Assembly: GCA_937894725.1 (NCBI GenBank)
Contig: CALAYL010000037.1
Span: 11,079 to 75,078, forward strand
From: an uncultured Bacteroidota bacterium
Lineage (GTDB): Bacteria > Bacteroidota > Bacteroidia > Chitinophagales > LD1
DNA: 64,000 bases
Reading direction: 5' to 3'
The translations under genes and the position numbers were made by a program. The notes beneath the pieces were generated by a model. The model was not told where the DNA came from and made no database searches. It was given only the letters and a program-made list of their open reading frames with translations. Shown here one piece after another: positions 1-9,607 of this stretch (positions are counted from its first letter, which is position 1; every line of letters begins with the position of its first letter).

Positions 1-956
1 TGCCAGCCTGAGGCATGTGGTTCTTGGACTATAGCCACACAGCGCACTCCATTCCACATAGTATCGGCTATTCGATAGGTGGGATCTGCCGTGAAAGCAA
101 AATCATGTACGTTGTCGGCATGGTAGCGCCAAGTTTTCGTTTGACCTCTTTTGTAAGGCGTGATGATACTCGCTATTTCATCCCATTTTTTGTCTTTGAA
201 ATTTGAAATCTGTAATTTTTTTTTGAGAGTATCGGGTAGTACTTCATTTTCGTTTTGTAGTACACCAGTAGCCTCTACTACATAGTTTGAGGCAAAAGTC
301 AAGTTTACATCCCAACTGCCAAAATCGCCATAAAACTCACGGTTGAGGTGTTGGTCGGTATTCCATCCGGCATGGTGGTCATACACACTTATTTTTGGAT
401 ACCATTGGCAACCATTGTAGTGGGTGATTCCTATCGAACTTTTGTATTTTTTCATTCGCCTACGAGTCGAACCAGTATCGTAGTAGGTTTTAAATTTTAT
501 GTCAAATGTCGTTGCACTATTTGGCAAAAGAGGCTTGTCTAAATAGACTTTCAAAATGGTATTATCCAGCTCTTTTCTTAATTCAATTTTAGCTATAGAA
601 ATCGATTCAATGGCAATACCTCGCTGCGAAGATTCATACTTCCCAAAGGTGGGTTTTGTGCCATTGGCGCGTTGCAATTGGTCAAGATATGAGCCTGGCA
701 AAAATGCGTTTTGGTACAAATGAAAAAATACGAAATTTAGCGTATCGGGCGAATTGTTGGTGTAAGTTAATTGTTCGTAACCACTTATCATGTCTGTCGT
801 TTCGTCAATTTCGGCATCTATTTTATACGCCACATCTTGCTGCCAGTAGGCGGCATGTGGAGGCTTATTTTTCCAATACATTGGATTTTGCGGTGAGTTG
901 TAAATACTTTGAGCAAAAATGGTGAAAGGGAAAAGAAGGAATAGCAAACGGAACAT
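1..956 (-). CDS. M1-family (aminopeptidase N-like) metallopeptidase, N-terminal part; the gene runs off the left edge
   Basis: Absent from the ORF track because the window edge truncates it. My reverse-strand translation from ATG (954-956) stays open to position 1: MFRLLFLLFPFTIFAQSIYNSPQNPMYWKNKPPHAAYWQQDVAYKIDAEIDE...FFHLYQNAFLPGSYLD...GCQWYPKISVYDHHAGWNTDQHLNREFYGDFGSWDV. It has a signal peptide and N-terminal motifs I associate with Bacteroidota M1 peptidases. The HEXXH motif would lie outside the window. Confidence 0.5.
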   Translation of the reverse strand, partial: MFRLLFLLFPFTIFAQSIYNSPQNPMYWKNKPPHAAYWQQDVAYKIDAEIDETTDMISGYEQLTYTNNSPDTLNFVFFHLYQNAFLPGSYLDQLQRANGTKPTFGKYESSQRGIAIESISIAKIELRKELDNTILKVYLDKPLLPNSATTFDIKFKTYYDTGSTRRRMKKYKSSIGITHYNGCQWYPKISVYDHHAGWNTDQHLNREFYGDFGSWDVNLTFASNYVVEATGVLQNENEVLPDTLKKKLQISNFKDKKWDEIASIITPYKRGQTKTWRYHADNVHDFAFTADPTYRIADTMWNGVRCVAIVQEPHASGW

Positions 957-1044
957 GGGCGGTAAATTGATTCGTACAAATATGCTAAAGATGCTAGTAA
1001 TCAGGAATATTTTTTTTATTTGTATCGACAAAACTCTCCGCTAG

Positions 1045-2136
1045 ATGCTACACGAAATAGCACTCACCATGATACCTTCGGTGGGGCCAACTTTAGCCAA
1101 AAACTTGATAGCCTATTGTGGTAGTGCGGAAGCTGTGTTCAATACACCCAAAGCGAAACTCGTGAAGATACCCCTCATCGGCAATGAGCGAGCTCGATCA
1201 ATTTTGGAAAATAAAGAAGTGCTTAAAAAAGCGGAGGTAGAATTGGCGTTTATTGCCAAACACAAAATTGAACCTTTGTTTTTTACAGATAATCGTTTTC
1301 CTGCTCGACTAGCCGACTGCAACGATGCCCCACTGCTGCTTTATTACAAAGGTACTAGCGATTTGAACCAGTCGAAAGTACTTGGTGTAGTAGGTACGCG
1401 TAATATCACCGATTATGGCAAAGAAATAACAAAAAGGATAGTACACGAATTGCAAGGAACTAATATCCTAATAGTGAGTGGCTTGGCGTATGGGGTAGAT
1501 ATACAAGCACATCAAGTGGCGTTAGAAAATGGGATTGAAACGGTGGGGGTTTTAGGGCATGGCTTGAATAGAATTTATCCCGAACAACATCGAAATACTG
1601 CAAAAAAAATGCTTGAACAAGGTGGTCTTTTGACGGAATACAATTCGCAAGATGTTTTTATAAATAAAAATTTTCCGCAGCGAAATAGAATTGTAGCGGG
1701 GATGTGCGATGCATTATTGGTGGTAGAATCTGCTACCAAAGGAGGTGCGTTGATTACGGCCAATATTGCTAATTCTTATAATCGTGAAGTCTTTGCTGTA
1801 CCAGGTAAATCTACAGACCCTTTTAGTCAAGGTTGCAATTTTTTGATAAAAACGTATAAGGCGCAAATGGTCGATTCATCAAAAGATATTTTGGATTTGA
1901 TGTTGTGGCAAGAAGGCGACCGAGTGCCATATAAGCAAACAAAGTTACTCACGCTTTCACTCACTACTGACGAGCAGAAAATCTATACTTTATTGAAAGA
2001 AAATGGAGAACTTGAAATAGACAGAATCGTAGCTATGAGCGGTATGATGGCCGGTAAAATAGCCTCGCTGCTACTCGAGCTCGAGATGAATGAAGTAATT
2101 ATAGCTATGCCAGGCAAACGATTTAAGCTGGCTTAG
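1045..2136 (+). CDS. dprA: DNA-processing protein DprA (Smf)
   Basis: 363 aa. Rossmann-like core GVVGTRNITDYG...SGLAYGVDIQAHQ...NFPQRNRIVAG...ESATKGGALITA, with a C-terminal winged-helix-like tail. Confidence 0.85.
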   Translation: MLHEIALTMIPSVGPTLAKNLIAYCGSAEAVFNTPKAKLVKIPLIGNERARSILENKEVLKKAEVELAFIAKHKIEPLFFTDNRFPARLADCNDAPLLLYYKGTSDLNQSKVLGVVGTRNITDYGKEITKRIVHELQGTNILIVSGLAYGVDIQAHQVALENGIETVGVLGHGLNRIYPEQHRNTAKKMLEQGGLLTEYNSQDVFINKNFPQRNRIVAGMCDALLVVESATKGGALITANIANSYNREVFAVPGKSTDPFSQGCNFLIKTYKAQMVDSSKDILDLMLWQEGDRVPYKQTKLLTLSLTTDEQKIYTLLKENGELEIDRIVAMSGMMAGKIASLLLELEMNEVIIAMPGKRFKLA

Positions 2137-2233
2137 ATACTGGCTTGTGCTTTTTGAAAATCAACGGCATCAGCATGTGCCGTAAAAAACAGGGCTAATC
2201 TCGAAATAATCTTTATTGACAAACTCAAGTCAA

Positions 2234-3706
2234 TCAATACGCTCTTGCAAAAATAACGCGTTCTTTTGAAGGATTGCCTGAGTGAATGCATTTACCATCT
2301 TCTTGCGGATTATTTAATGGAATACACCGAATTGTAGCTTTAGTTATGTCTTTTATTTTTTCTTCTGTTTCGGCTGTTCCATCCCAATGGGCTGATATGA
2401 ATCCAGGTTCTTCGATAAGCTTTAAAAACTCCTCCCATGTATCTGCTTTGCGGATGTTTGCATCTCTAAAAGAGAGTGCTCTGTTGTACATGTTTTGTTG
2501 AATATCTGCAAGCAAATTTTCGATAAAATCTACTACACCATCAAACTGTGTAGTTTGTTTTTCTTTGGTATCTCTTCGGGCTACTTCTACCGTGCCATTT
2601 TCTAAATCTCTAGCACCAATAGCCAGTCGTACAGGCACTCCTAGCATTTCGTATTCTGCAAATTTAAAACCTGGGCGCTTCTGATCATCATCGTCAAATT
2701 TTACAGAGATACCTTTTGCTTTTAGACCGTCTATTACAGGTTTTAGTTTTTCAAAAATCAAATTGAGTTGTTCTTCACCTTTGAAAATAGGCACTATCAC
2801 TACTTGTAATGGCGCTAATTTTGGTGGTAAAACTAAGCCCTCATCATCGCTATGTGCCATTACCAATGCGCCTATGAGTCGAGTAGATACACCCCAAGAG
2901 GTAGCCCATACATATTCTTGTTTTCCTTCTTTAGTCAAAAACTGTACGTCAAATGCTTTAGCAAAATTTTGCCCTAAAAAATGCGAAGTACCTGCTTGTA
3001 AAGCAAGTCCATCCTGCATCATAGCCTCTATGCAATAGGTTTCTAAAGCTCCCGCAAATCGTTCGTTGGGCGATTTACGTCCTTTGATCACTGGCAACGC
3101 CATTACGTTTTCAGCAAAGTCAGCGTACACATTGAGCATTTTTTCAGTTTCGATAATCGCTTCATCGGCTGTGGCGTGGGCAGTGTGGCCTTCCTGCCAC
3201 AAAAATTCTGCTGTACGTAAAAACAAACGCGTACGCATTTCCCAGCGCATCACATTTGCCCATTGATTGATAAGCAATGGCAAATCGCGATAAGATTGAA
3301 TCCAGTTTTTATATGAATGCCAGATGATAGTTTCTGAAGTAGGTCGAATGATTAATTCTTCTTCTAATTTTGCCTCTGGATCTACAATCACACCTTTACC
3401 ATTTGGGTCGTTTTTTAAACGATAGTGAGTAACTACGGCACATTCTTTTGCAAAACCATCTACGTGGGCAGCCTCCTTGCTCAAGAAACTCTTTGGAATC
3501 AAAAGGGGGAAATAGGCGTTTACATGGCCTGTATCTTTAAATGATTTATCGAGCGATTCTTTCATTTTTTCCCATATCCCATATCCATATGGCTTGATAA
3601 CCATACAGCCTCGAACGCTGGAGTAATCTGCTAATCCACCTTTCAATACAAGGTCATTATACCACTGTGAGTAGTCGGTAGTGCGGGATGTTATTTCTTT
3701 TGCCAT
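2234..3706 (-). CDS. proS: Prolyl-tRNA synthetase (archaeal/eukaryote-like short type)
   Basis: Class II aaRS motifs ([32 protein letters not shown]) and a C-terminal anticodon-binding domain. Start moved to the internal [16 protein letters not shown] (ATG 3704-3706). The 27-codon upstream extension in the ORF track looks non-coding. Confidence 0.9.
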   Translation of the reverse strand: MAKEITSRTTDYSQWYNDLVLKGGLADYSSVRGCMVIKPYGYGIWEKMKESLDKSFKDTGHVNAYFPLLIPKSFLSKEAAHVDGFAKECAVVTHYRLKNDPNGKGVIVDPEAKLEEELIIRPTSETIIWHSYKNWIQSYRDLPLLINQWANVMRWEMRTRLFLRTAEFLWQEGHTAHATADEAIIETEKMLNVYADFAENVMALPVIKGRKSPNERFAGALETYCIEAMMQDGLALQAGTSHFLGQNFAKAFDVQFLTKEGKQEYVWATSWGVSTRLIGALVMAHSDDEGLVLPPKLAPLQVVIVPIFKGEEQLNLIFEKLKPVIDGLKAKGISVKFDDDDQKRPGFKFAEYEMLGVPVRLAIGARDLENGTVEVARRDTKEKQTTQFDGVVDFIENLLADIQQNMYNRALSFRDANIRKADTWEEFLKLIEEPGFISAHWDGTAETEEKIKDITKATIRCIPLNNPQEDGKCIHSGNPSKERVIFARAY

Positions 3707-3934
3707 GATTTTTTTTTGAGTTTGCCAAGATAATATCTTCTTTGTAAAAGATAGCTTGATATTCCATTTTTTGAAGGGGATAAACATTCATTTTGCTAGG
3801 TAAAGTAAATAAGTGTTAAGAAGTTTAAGCGTATATAAATGTTGGCATTGCATTTGGTTAGAGTATCATTAAGCAAGAATTAACATCTGATTAAACTCTT
3901 GTGGCTTAATTTAGTCAAACATAAAAACACGATT

Positions 3935-5350
3935 ATGAAACGTATTCCAAAATATATTGCTGTTGCTGCACTTTCCCTCGGAGTGAGTTCGCTTTTTGCA
4001 CAGGATGATGTGTATTACAACCCTAATTCAAATAAAGGGACAACACAGCCTGTACAGACGGACTATCAAAAACAGTACGAAACAACTACGCCAGAACCTA
4101 CACCAGCATCGAATGCAAGCAATTATGACTACAAAAGAGATGGCTATTCGACTCCCGATGCTAGTCAATATTCTAGTACAAAAAATGGAAGTAATAATCA
4201 AGTATCCGATAGCTATTATGAAGATGATTATTACTTTGATGACTTTAGTTATTCAGGTCGTTTAAATCGATTTTATCAACCACATAGAGGTTTAGGCTAT
4301 TGGAACAACTTTTATGATCCATTCTATTGGAGCACACCTACAATCATTATCCAAACTAGCTACTACAACCCTTGGTGGTCAAATTGGAGATATAACATTT
4401 GTAATTTACAGCCATGGAGGTGTCAACTCTATTCCTATGGAGGTTCGTGGGGTGGAGGTTGGAACACTGGCTGGGGTGGAGGTTGGAATTATGGCTACGG
4501 AGGTGGCTGGGGAGGCGGCTGGAACAATGGTTGGGGAGGAAATCCCTATTGGAATGGCTACCAAGCAGGATACTACAATGGATATTATAACGCAGGATAT
4601 AATAACGGCTATTACAATGGTTACTACAATGGCGGGTATAATAATGGATATGGCGACTATAACCAACAACATAATTACTCCTACTATGGACCTAGAAAGC
4701 AGTCAGGTGCTGCTGGTGGTAATACCACAGATGGTCAAATAAAAAGAGCAGAAGGAAGAGCCGGAAAAACAGATGAAACGGATATACCGCGCGAAGGACT
4801 TGTGAAGCCTATAGGAGGTAGAGCCACTGGCACATCTACTCCTATACAACAAAGCACGCCTACTCGACCTGTGGGTGTTGACAACCCAGTTCGCATAGAG
4901 AATGCAGGCGAAGCGAGCCCTGGCAAATTGAATCCTAGTACGCCTACTCGGCCAGCTCCGATTGACTTGCGACCTCAACCTTCGCAGCCTAGACAAGTCG
5001 AACAACCAAGTGCTCCTAGACAGTTTGAGACGAGGCCACAGCCAGCAGCACCACGTCAAATTGAAACTGAAACTCGACCTAGTAATTCAATACAGATGGA
5101 AACTCGACCACAGCCTTCTAAGCCTACACAGCCACGTCAAATGGAGAGTAGTCCGCAGCCTTCTACGCCCCGTCAGATAGAGTCTAGACCTCAGCCATCG
5201 CAACCACGTCAAATGGAGAGTCGTCCGCCAACTCGCCAGTTTGAATCTTCACCAACGCCAAACCGAGGTTTTGACAATGGAGGAGGGGGTAACTATAGTG
5301 CTCCTCGTCCATCAAATGGAGGAGGCAGAAGCCCAGGAAGAGTAAGATAA
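3935..5350 (+). CDS. Secreted low-complexity repeat protein (function unknown)
   Basis: Start set at MKRIPKYIAVAALSLGVSSLFAQ (signal peptide). This is followed by a Tyr/Asp-rich part, GGGW(N) repeats, an N/Y/G block, RPQPSQPRQxE repeats and a Gly/Arg tail. Confidence 0.6.
   Translation: MKRIPKYIAVAALSLGVSSLFAQDDVYYNPNSNKGTTQPVQTDYQKQYETTTPEPTPASNASNYDYKRDGYSTPDASQYSSTKNGSNNQVSDSYYEDDYYFDDFSYSGRLNRFYQPHRGLGYWNNFYDPFYWSTPTIIIQTSYYNPWWSNWRYNICNLQPWRCQLYSYGGSWGGGWNTGWGGGWNYGYGGGWGGGWNNGWGGNPYWNGYQAGYYNGYYNAGYNNGYYNGYYNGGYNNGYGDYNQQHNYSYYGPRKQSGAAGGNTTDGQIKRAEGRAGKTDETDIPREGLVKPIGGRATGTSTPIQQSTPTRPVGVDNPVRIENAGEASPGKLNPSTPTRPAPIDLRPQPSQPRQVEQPSAPRQFETRPQPAAPRQIETETRPSNSIQMETRPQPSKPTQPRQMESSPQPSTPRQIESRPQPSQPRQMESRPPTRQFESSPTPNRGFDNGGGGNYSAPRPSNGGGRSPGRVR
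4439..4690 (+). repeat. Coding low-complexity blocks: GGGW(N) repeats (4439-4543), then an N/Y/G-rich block (4544-4690)
   Basis: Translation GGSWGGGWNTGWGGGWNYGYGGGWGGGWNNGWGG followed by NPYWNGYQAGYYNGYYNAGYNNGYYNGYYNGGYNNGYGDYNQQHNYSYY. The nucleotide unit ggtggaggttggaa occurs twice. Confidence 0.8.
4970..5248 (+). repeat. About 7 imperfect tandem copies of a 12-13 aa Pro/Gln unit (RPQPSQPRQ[MIV]E[ST])
   Basis: RPQPSQPRQVEQ / PSAPRQFET / RPQPAAPRQIETET / RPSNSIQMET / RPQPSKPTQPRQMESS / PQPSTPRQIES / RPQPSQPRQMES / RPPTRQFES. The string ccacgtcaaatggagagt recurs at about 5134 and 5204. Confidence 0.8.
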
Positions 5351-5362
5351 ATGTATTTTTTC

Positions 5363-5402
5363 ATGGCTAAATCAACACACATTGGTTTAGCCATTTTTTT
5401 TA
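5363..5402 (+). terminator. Rho-independent terminator candidate downstream of the repeat-protein gene
   Basis: Perfect 9-bp stem atggctaaa (5363-5371) / tttagccat (5386-5394) with a 14-nt loop, followed by a run of 8 T. Confidence 0.6.
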
Positions 5403-5408
5403 ATTTTG
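5401..5408 (+). promoter_or_regulatory. Bacteroidota -7 box (TAnnTTTG) candidate
   Basis: TAATTTTG lies 4 nt upstream of the ATG at 5413. Confidence 0.35.
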
Positions 5409-5412
5409 AGCT

Positions 5413-6906
5413 ATGAATAGAATTGTCAGTTCCCTTTTTTTTATTACGCTGAGTAGTCTCCATGTTTTAGGTCAAAGTTACCCAACGGAGCTATTGAAAT
5501 ATACAGCTCCTCAAATGGTAGGTACAGCACGCTCTATAGGTGCAGGAGGGGCGTTTAGTACCGTGGGTGCAGATATGGGAGCAGCATTGTCAAATCCTGC
5601 GGGATTGGGGCTTTACAGAGGTAGTGAAATATCTGGATCGCTTGCACTTAATTTTACACAAGATAAAAGTGTATTTGGTGGAAGTAATTTAGCTTCTAAA
5701 AGCACTAATTTTTTCTTGCCTCATTTAGGTGCTGTTTTTGCTATACCACTAAAGCGCCCTGGCCAATCCACAAATTTTTTTCAAATCGGGGTAGTGTATC
5801 AAAAAACGGCTGATTTTAATCGAGAACAAGCGTTTAATGGCATCAATAATGCCAACTCAAAAGTGGATGTGTATTTTAATGAACTTACCGCCACTAACGC
5901 CAATATAGATTACACTAATTTTTCTCCAGAAGCAGTACAAGCTTGGAATACCTATCTTGTAGATACCTTCAATGGTAGCTTTTTTAAACGAGCCTATGCC
6001 CCCGTAAACCAATCTGGCTATTACTCTGAGCGAGGTGGAGCAAATGAAGTGAGCTTATCATTGAGCGGCAATATCAACGATAAATTCTATATAGGTGGAG
6101 CATTGGGGTTGCCATGGATGAAATATAGTCGCACACAACTTTATAGCGAAAATATCGACTACATAGATTCTGTGTATGGTTTTCAAGGATTTGATCAATA
6201 CTCGACTTATACTGTTTCGGGTTTAGGAGTGAATTTTAAATTAGGCTTTATTGCTCGACCACTAGATTTTTGGCGTGTAGGTGTATCTATTACTACACCT
6301 AGTATTTTCTTCAATCTTGAAGAAAAAAGCTCATTGAGTACCAGTGCACGCTATACAGACCTTACTCAAAATTTAGTTTTTGATTCAGATACATTTTTGA
6401 CTGCTCCTTATCAATTTAAATATAGCCGACCATTGAATGCTACCTTTGGTACGAGCTTTATTATCTCAAAATGGGGTTTGATTTCGATAGATTATCAACT
6501 TACCGATTATAAAAATATGCGTGTAGGATTTGACGATGTAGCCAAAGTAGCTGAAGATGCTTACAATAAGCAAATAAGTGCGCTCTATGGCATAGGGCAT
6601 ATGGTAAAAGTAGGTGGTGAATTTGCTTGGAAAGTGTGGCGAATAAGAGCGGGATACAACTGGCAAAGTACTCCATTCCAATCTGGAATAGGGGTGAAAG
6701 GGTACGATATGCAAGCACATACCGCTACAGCAGGATTAGGCTACAGAGGCAAACGATTTTTTGCTGATTTGGCTTATGCTCGTACTATGATGAATGATTA
6801 TCGATCGCTATACAGAACGACTGTTAATGAGCCTGGCATACAAAGTAAATTTGTGCAGAACAGAATTGTGGCGACTGTAGGGTTTCGATTTGGTGGCAAA
6901 AATTGA
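5413..6906 (+). CDS. Outer-membrane beta-barrel protein (FadL/PorV-like family, uncertain)
   Basis: Signal peptide. The N-terminal motif GTARSIGAGGAFSTVGADMGAALSNPAGLGLY resembles the FadL/TodX and PorV/UPF0164 signature. The sequence shows alternating beta-strand patterns and ends in an aromatic-rich strand (VGFRFGGKN). Confidence 0.45.
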   Translation: MNRIVSSLFFITLSSLHVLGQSYPTELLKYTAPQMVGTARSIGAGGAFSTVGADMGAALSNPAGLGLYRGSEISGSLALNFTQDKSVFGGSNLASKSTNFFLPHLGAVFAIPLKRPGQSTNFFQIGVVYQKTADFNREQAFNGINNANSKVDVYFNELTATNANIDYTNFSPEAVQAWNTYLVDTFNGSFFKRAYAPVNQSGYYSERGGANEVSLSLSGNINDKFYIGGALGLPWMKYSRTQLYSENIDYIDSVYGFQGFDQYSTYTVSGLGVNFKLGFIARPLDFWRVGVSITTPSIFFNLEEKSSLSTSARYTDLTQNLVFDSDTFLTAPYQFKYSRPLNATFGTSFIISKWGLISIDYQLTDYKNMRVGFDDVAKVAEDAYNKQISALYGIGHMVKVGGEFAWKVWRIRAGYNWQSTPFQSGIGVKGYDMQAHTATAGLGYRGKRFFADLAYARTMMNDYRSLYRTTVNEPGIQSKFVQNRIVATVGFRFGGKN

Positions 6907-6971
6907 CATTGAATATATAGCAGCTATAAAAAAGACAATGCTATCTTAGCGCATAAATTCTAAATGCTCCA

Positions 6972-8198
6972 ATGTATCGCCTACAAATAGCTTTACGCTA
7001 TATTTTTTCAAAGAAAAAAACCAATGCCATTAATATCATTACATGGGTATCAATGACGGGTATGGGTGTGGGTGCTTTTGCTTTAGTGTTGGTATTGAGT
7101 GTTTTTAATGGTTTTGAAAATCTAGTTACATCTCTATACAATTCATTTTATCCTAGTCTCGAAATCACAGCTACCGAAGGCAAGTTTTTTTATATTTCAG
7201 ATTCATTGACACAAAAACTTAATGCCAATTCGGCTATCGAAAACTATACACAAGTACTCGAAGAGAACGCCTATATTCAATTTGCAGATAAAGATTACCT
7301 AGCCAAGGTAAAAGGCGTTGACCAAAACTTCGAGAAGGTAACAGATGTAAAAGGCACGGTGCGAGAGGGGCGTTTTTTACTCCAAAAAGATCAATACAAA
7401 TATGGTGTGATAGGAACTAATATTGCGGCAGCACTTAGTATCAATACCGATAGAGTGTTGGAGCCGCTTGTAATCAATATACCACGACAGGGCAATGCCA
7501 CTGCTTTTCGTCAAGAAGATGCTTTTTATTCTAGTTCGGTGATACCTAGTGGTGTGTTTTCAATCCAACAAGAGTTTGATAGTAAATATGTTTTTGTGTC
7601 GCTTGATTTTATGGAAAAATTATTAGATGAACCTGGCTTGCGTTCAGGTATTGAAATCAAGTTAAAGCCCAATATTAATGCTGAAACGGTAAAGAAACAA
7701 ATGAGTTTACAATTGGGTGGAGCATTTCGTATTAAAACAAAATACGAGCAAAAGGAAACGCTCTATAAAATCATGCGAATGGAACGATGGGCAGTATTTG
7801 CGATATTGAGTTTCATTATGATTATCGTATCGTTCAATATCATAGGCTCGCTATTTATGGTGGTTATCGAAAAGCGGAAAGACATCGCCATCTTGAAAAG
7901 CATGGGAGCAGCTCCACGCGATATTCAACTTATTTTTGCGCTCGAGGGCATGCTCACTGCGGTGTTAGGTGCGTTAGTTGGTATAGCTGTAGCCGTTTTT
8001 ATTTGCTTGTTACAAATGAGGTTTGGTTTTGTAAAATTAGGTGGCTCAGGTGCAACATTTGTGGTAGAGGCTTATCCTGTAGTATTGAAAGTTTCTGACC
8101 TACTATTGACCTTACTCACTGTCATTTTTATCTCCCTATTGGCATCCTACTTCCCTGCCCGTTCGGCAGCTAGGAGTGAAATTAACTTTCAACGGTAA
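6972..8198 (+). CDS. FtsX-like ABC transporter permease, LolC/LolE family
   Basis: 408 aa. It has an N-terminal TM segment, a large periplasmic loop and a C-terminal FtsX domain with three TM segments (RKDIAILKSMGA...). Confidence 0.75.
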   Translation: MYRLQIALRYIFSKKKTNAINIITWVSMTGMGVGAFALVLVLSVFNGFENLVTSLYNSFYPSLEITATEGKFFYISDSLTQKLNANSAIENYTQVLEENAYIQFADKDYLAKVKGVDQNFEKVTDVKGTVREGRFLLQKDQYKYGVIGTNIAAALSINTDRVLEPLVINIPRQGNATAFRQEDAFYSSSVIPSGVFSIQQEFDSKYVFVSLDFMEKLLDEPGLRSGIEIKLKPNINAETVKKQMSLQLGGAFRIKTKYEQKETLYKIMRMERWAVFAILSFIMIIVSFNIIGSLFMVVIEKRKDIAILKSMGAAPRDIQLIFALEGMLTAVLGALVGIAVAVFICLLQMRFGFVKLGGSGATFVVEAYPVVLKVSDLLLTLLTVIFISLLASYFPARSAARSEINFQR

Positions 8199-9110
8199 TT
8201 ATCGAGCGGTAAGTTGCTTAAACACATCTTCGAGACTGTACGATTCTTTTTCGAGATGAAGCAAGGTTAGATTTTTTTGTTTGGCAAATTCAAATACTAT
8301 TTCTCGTAGGTCACCAGTGCCATCAGATACCAATCGCCACTTGCCATCAGCCGCCTTGTCAAACGATTTTAGACCTTTGAGCTGACCCATACTAGCTGTG
8401 TCAATACTTTGCTTGAAAGCGGCTTTGACTATAGTCTGATTGCTGATTTTATCCTGAAGTGAAGCGGAGGTGTCGTTTGCTACCAACTTGCCTTTGTTGA
8501 TGATAACCACTCTATCGGCAATGGCTTGTACTTCTTGTAAAATATGGGATGAAAAAATCACCGTTTTGTCTTTACCTAGTTGTTTGATTAGCGAGCGAAT
8601 TTCAATCAGTTGATTTGGGTCAAGACCCGAAGTCGGCTCATCTAAAATCAATACTTCTGGATCGTGTAGCATTGCCTGTGCTATACCCACTCGCTGCTTA
8701 TAGCCTTTAGAAAGTTGGCGTATAGTTTTATGTTGTTCGCGACCGAGCCCTGTCATCTCTATCATATCGACTATGCGTTTAGCAGATTTATCTCCTAACT
8801 TATGTACGCCTGCTACAAACTCGAGGTATTCGACCACATACATATCGTAATATAGGGGATTGCTCTCGGGTAGATACCCGATTTTTGCCCTTACGGCTAG
8901 TGGGTCTTTGGCTATGTCGATTCCACCTACTGTAGCGGTACCTGAAGTAGGAGGAATAAAGCAAGTCAAGATTTTCATGGTAGTCGATTTGCCCGCACCA
9001 TTCGGACCGAGAAATCCAAGTACCTCACCCTTATGTGCTTCAAAAGAAAGGTGGTCGAGAGCAAATTGCTCGCCATAATTTTTTGTGAGATCCGAAACGA
9101 TGACAGACAT
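8199..9110 (-). CDS. ABC transporter ATP-binding protein (ABC-2 type, GldA-like)
   Basis: Walker A GPNGAGKST, signature LSKGYKQRV, Walker B LILDEPTSGLD, H-loop SSHIL. The size and C-terminal domain are typical of ABC-2/GldA-type ATPases. Confidence 0.8.
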   Translation of the reverse strand: MSVIVSDLTKNYGEQFALDHLSFEAHKGEVLGFLGPNGAGKSTTMKILTCFIPPTSGTATVGGIDIAKDPLAVRAKIGYLPESNPLYYDMYVVEYLEFVAGVHKLGDKSAKRIVDMIEMTGLGREQHKTIRQLSKGYKQRVGIAQAMLHDPEVLILDEPTSGLDPNQLIEIRSLIKQLGKDKTVIFSSHILQEVQAIADRVVIINKGKLVANDTSASLQDKISNQTIVKAAFKQSIDTASMGQLKGLKSFDKAADGKWRLVSDGTGDLREIVFEFAKQKNLTLLHLEKESYSLEDVFKQLTAR

Positions 9111-9114
9111 GGGT

Positions 9115-9477
9115 TTACTTTTTTAATTTATAACTACGTTTCGTGAGGTCAAATTTTTTCTTGTCGCTATTGCTTACTTTGATGCATTGGAGCTGTATAG
9201 GGCGCCCTGTCATACGGATATAGGGCGGTATAGCAGATTCGAGTGCATTGAACTTCACCTCCAATCCATCTTTGTTGTACTCAAAAGGAAGATTATTAGC
9301 TACATACCGAATGTTTTCATTCCCTTTTTGGGTGATTACAGTCATGTCTTCATTGAGTTTTTTGACGATACCTATTTTGTTCTTGAGGGGTGTTTTATAG
9401 TCAAAACCACTATTTTGGGCTATGCTCATTTTTATAAAAATCAACATAAAAGCGGCTATGTAAGCTATTTTTTTCAT
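9115..9477 (-). CDS. Small secreted hypothetical protein
   Basis: 120 aa with a signal peptide (MKKIAYIAAFMLIFIKMSIAQ). It ends 4 nt upstream of the ABC ATPase gene on the same strand. I recognise no family. Confidence 0.5.
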   Translation of the reverse strand: MKKIAYIAAFMLIFIKMSIAQNSGFDYKTPLKNKIGIVKKLNEDMTVITQKGNENIRYVANNLPFEYNKDGLEVKFNALESAIPPYIRMTGRPIQLQCIKVSNSDKKKFDLTKRSYKLKK

Positions 9478-9573
9478 ATTCTAGTTGTTTGATAAAAACT
9501 ATCGAGATTTGTGCCAAACTTAGTATATATCTCTCAAATTTTGTGAAGTTAGGTAGATGTATTTTCATTCTAT

Positions 9574-9581
9574 TACATTTG
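9574..9581 (+). promoter_or_regulatory. -7 box (TAnnTTTG) candidate
   Basis: TACATTTG lies 26 nt upstream of the ATG at 9608. Confidence 0.35.
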
Positions 9582-9607
9582 ATGAATAAATCTAGTGGAT
9601 ATAATCT

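Noticed and set aside
2165-2182. Terminator hairpin between the convergent genes dprA and proS (cggca-N8-tgccg)
   Set aside because: The stem is only 5 bp with an 8-nt loop and a weak A/T run. This is too weak to call.
3707-3787. N-terminal extensions in the ORF track (proS 3707-3787; similar cases at topA 29335-29358, fabG 42164-42220, thioesterase 21903-21950, M23 10212-10325, Fic 49507-49554, KE-rich 42084-42143)
   Set aside because: In each case an internal Met coincides with the conserved family N-terminus or with a signal peptide. The extension has non-coding-like composition or overlaps a promoter box.
3996-5180. Overlapping ORFs on both strands inside the repeat-protein gene (3996-4265, 4314-4742, 4406-4672, 4703-5059, 4735-4926, 4962-5180)
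   Set aside because: They are alternative-frame read-throughs of low-complexity repeats. Only the 3935-5350 frame has a signal peptide and spans the whole region.
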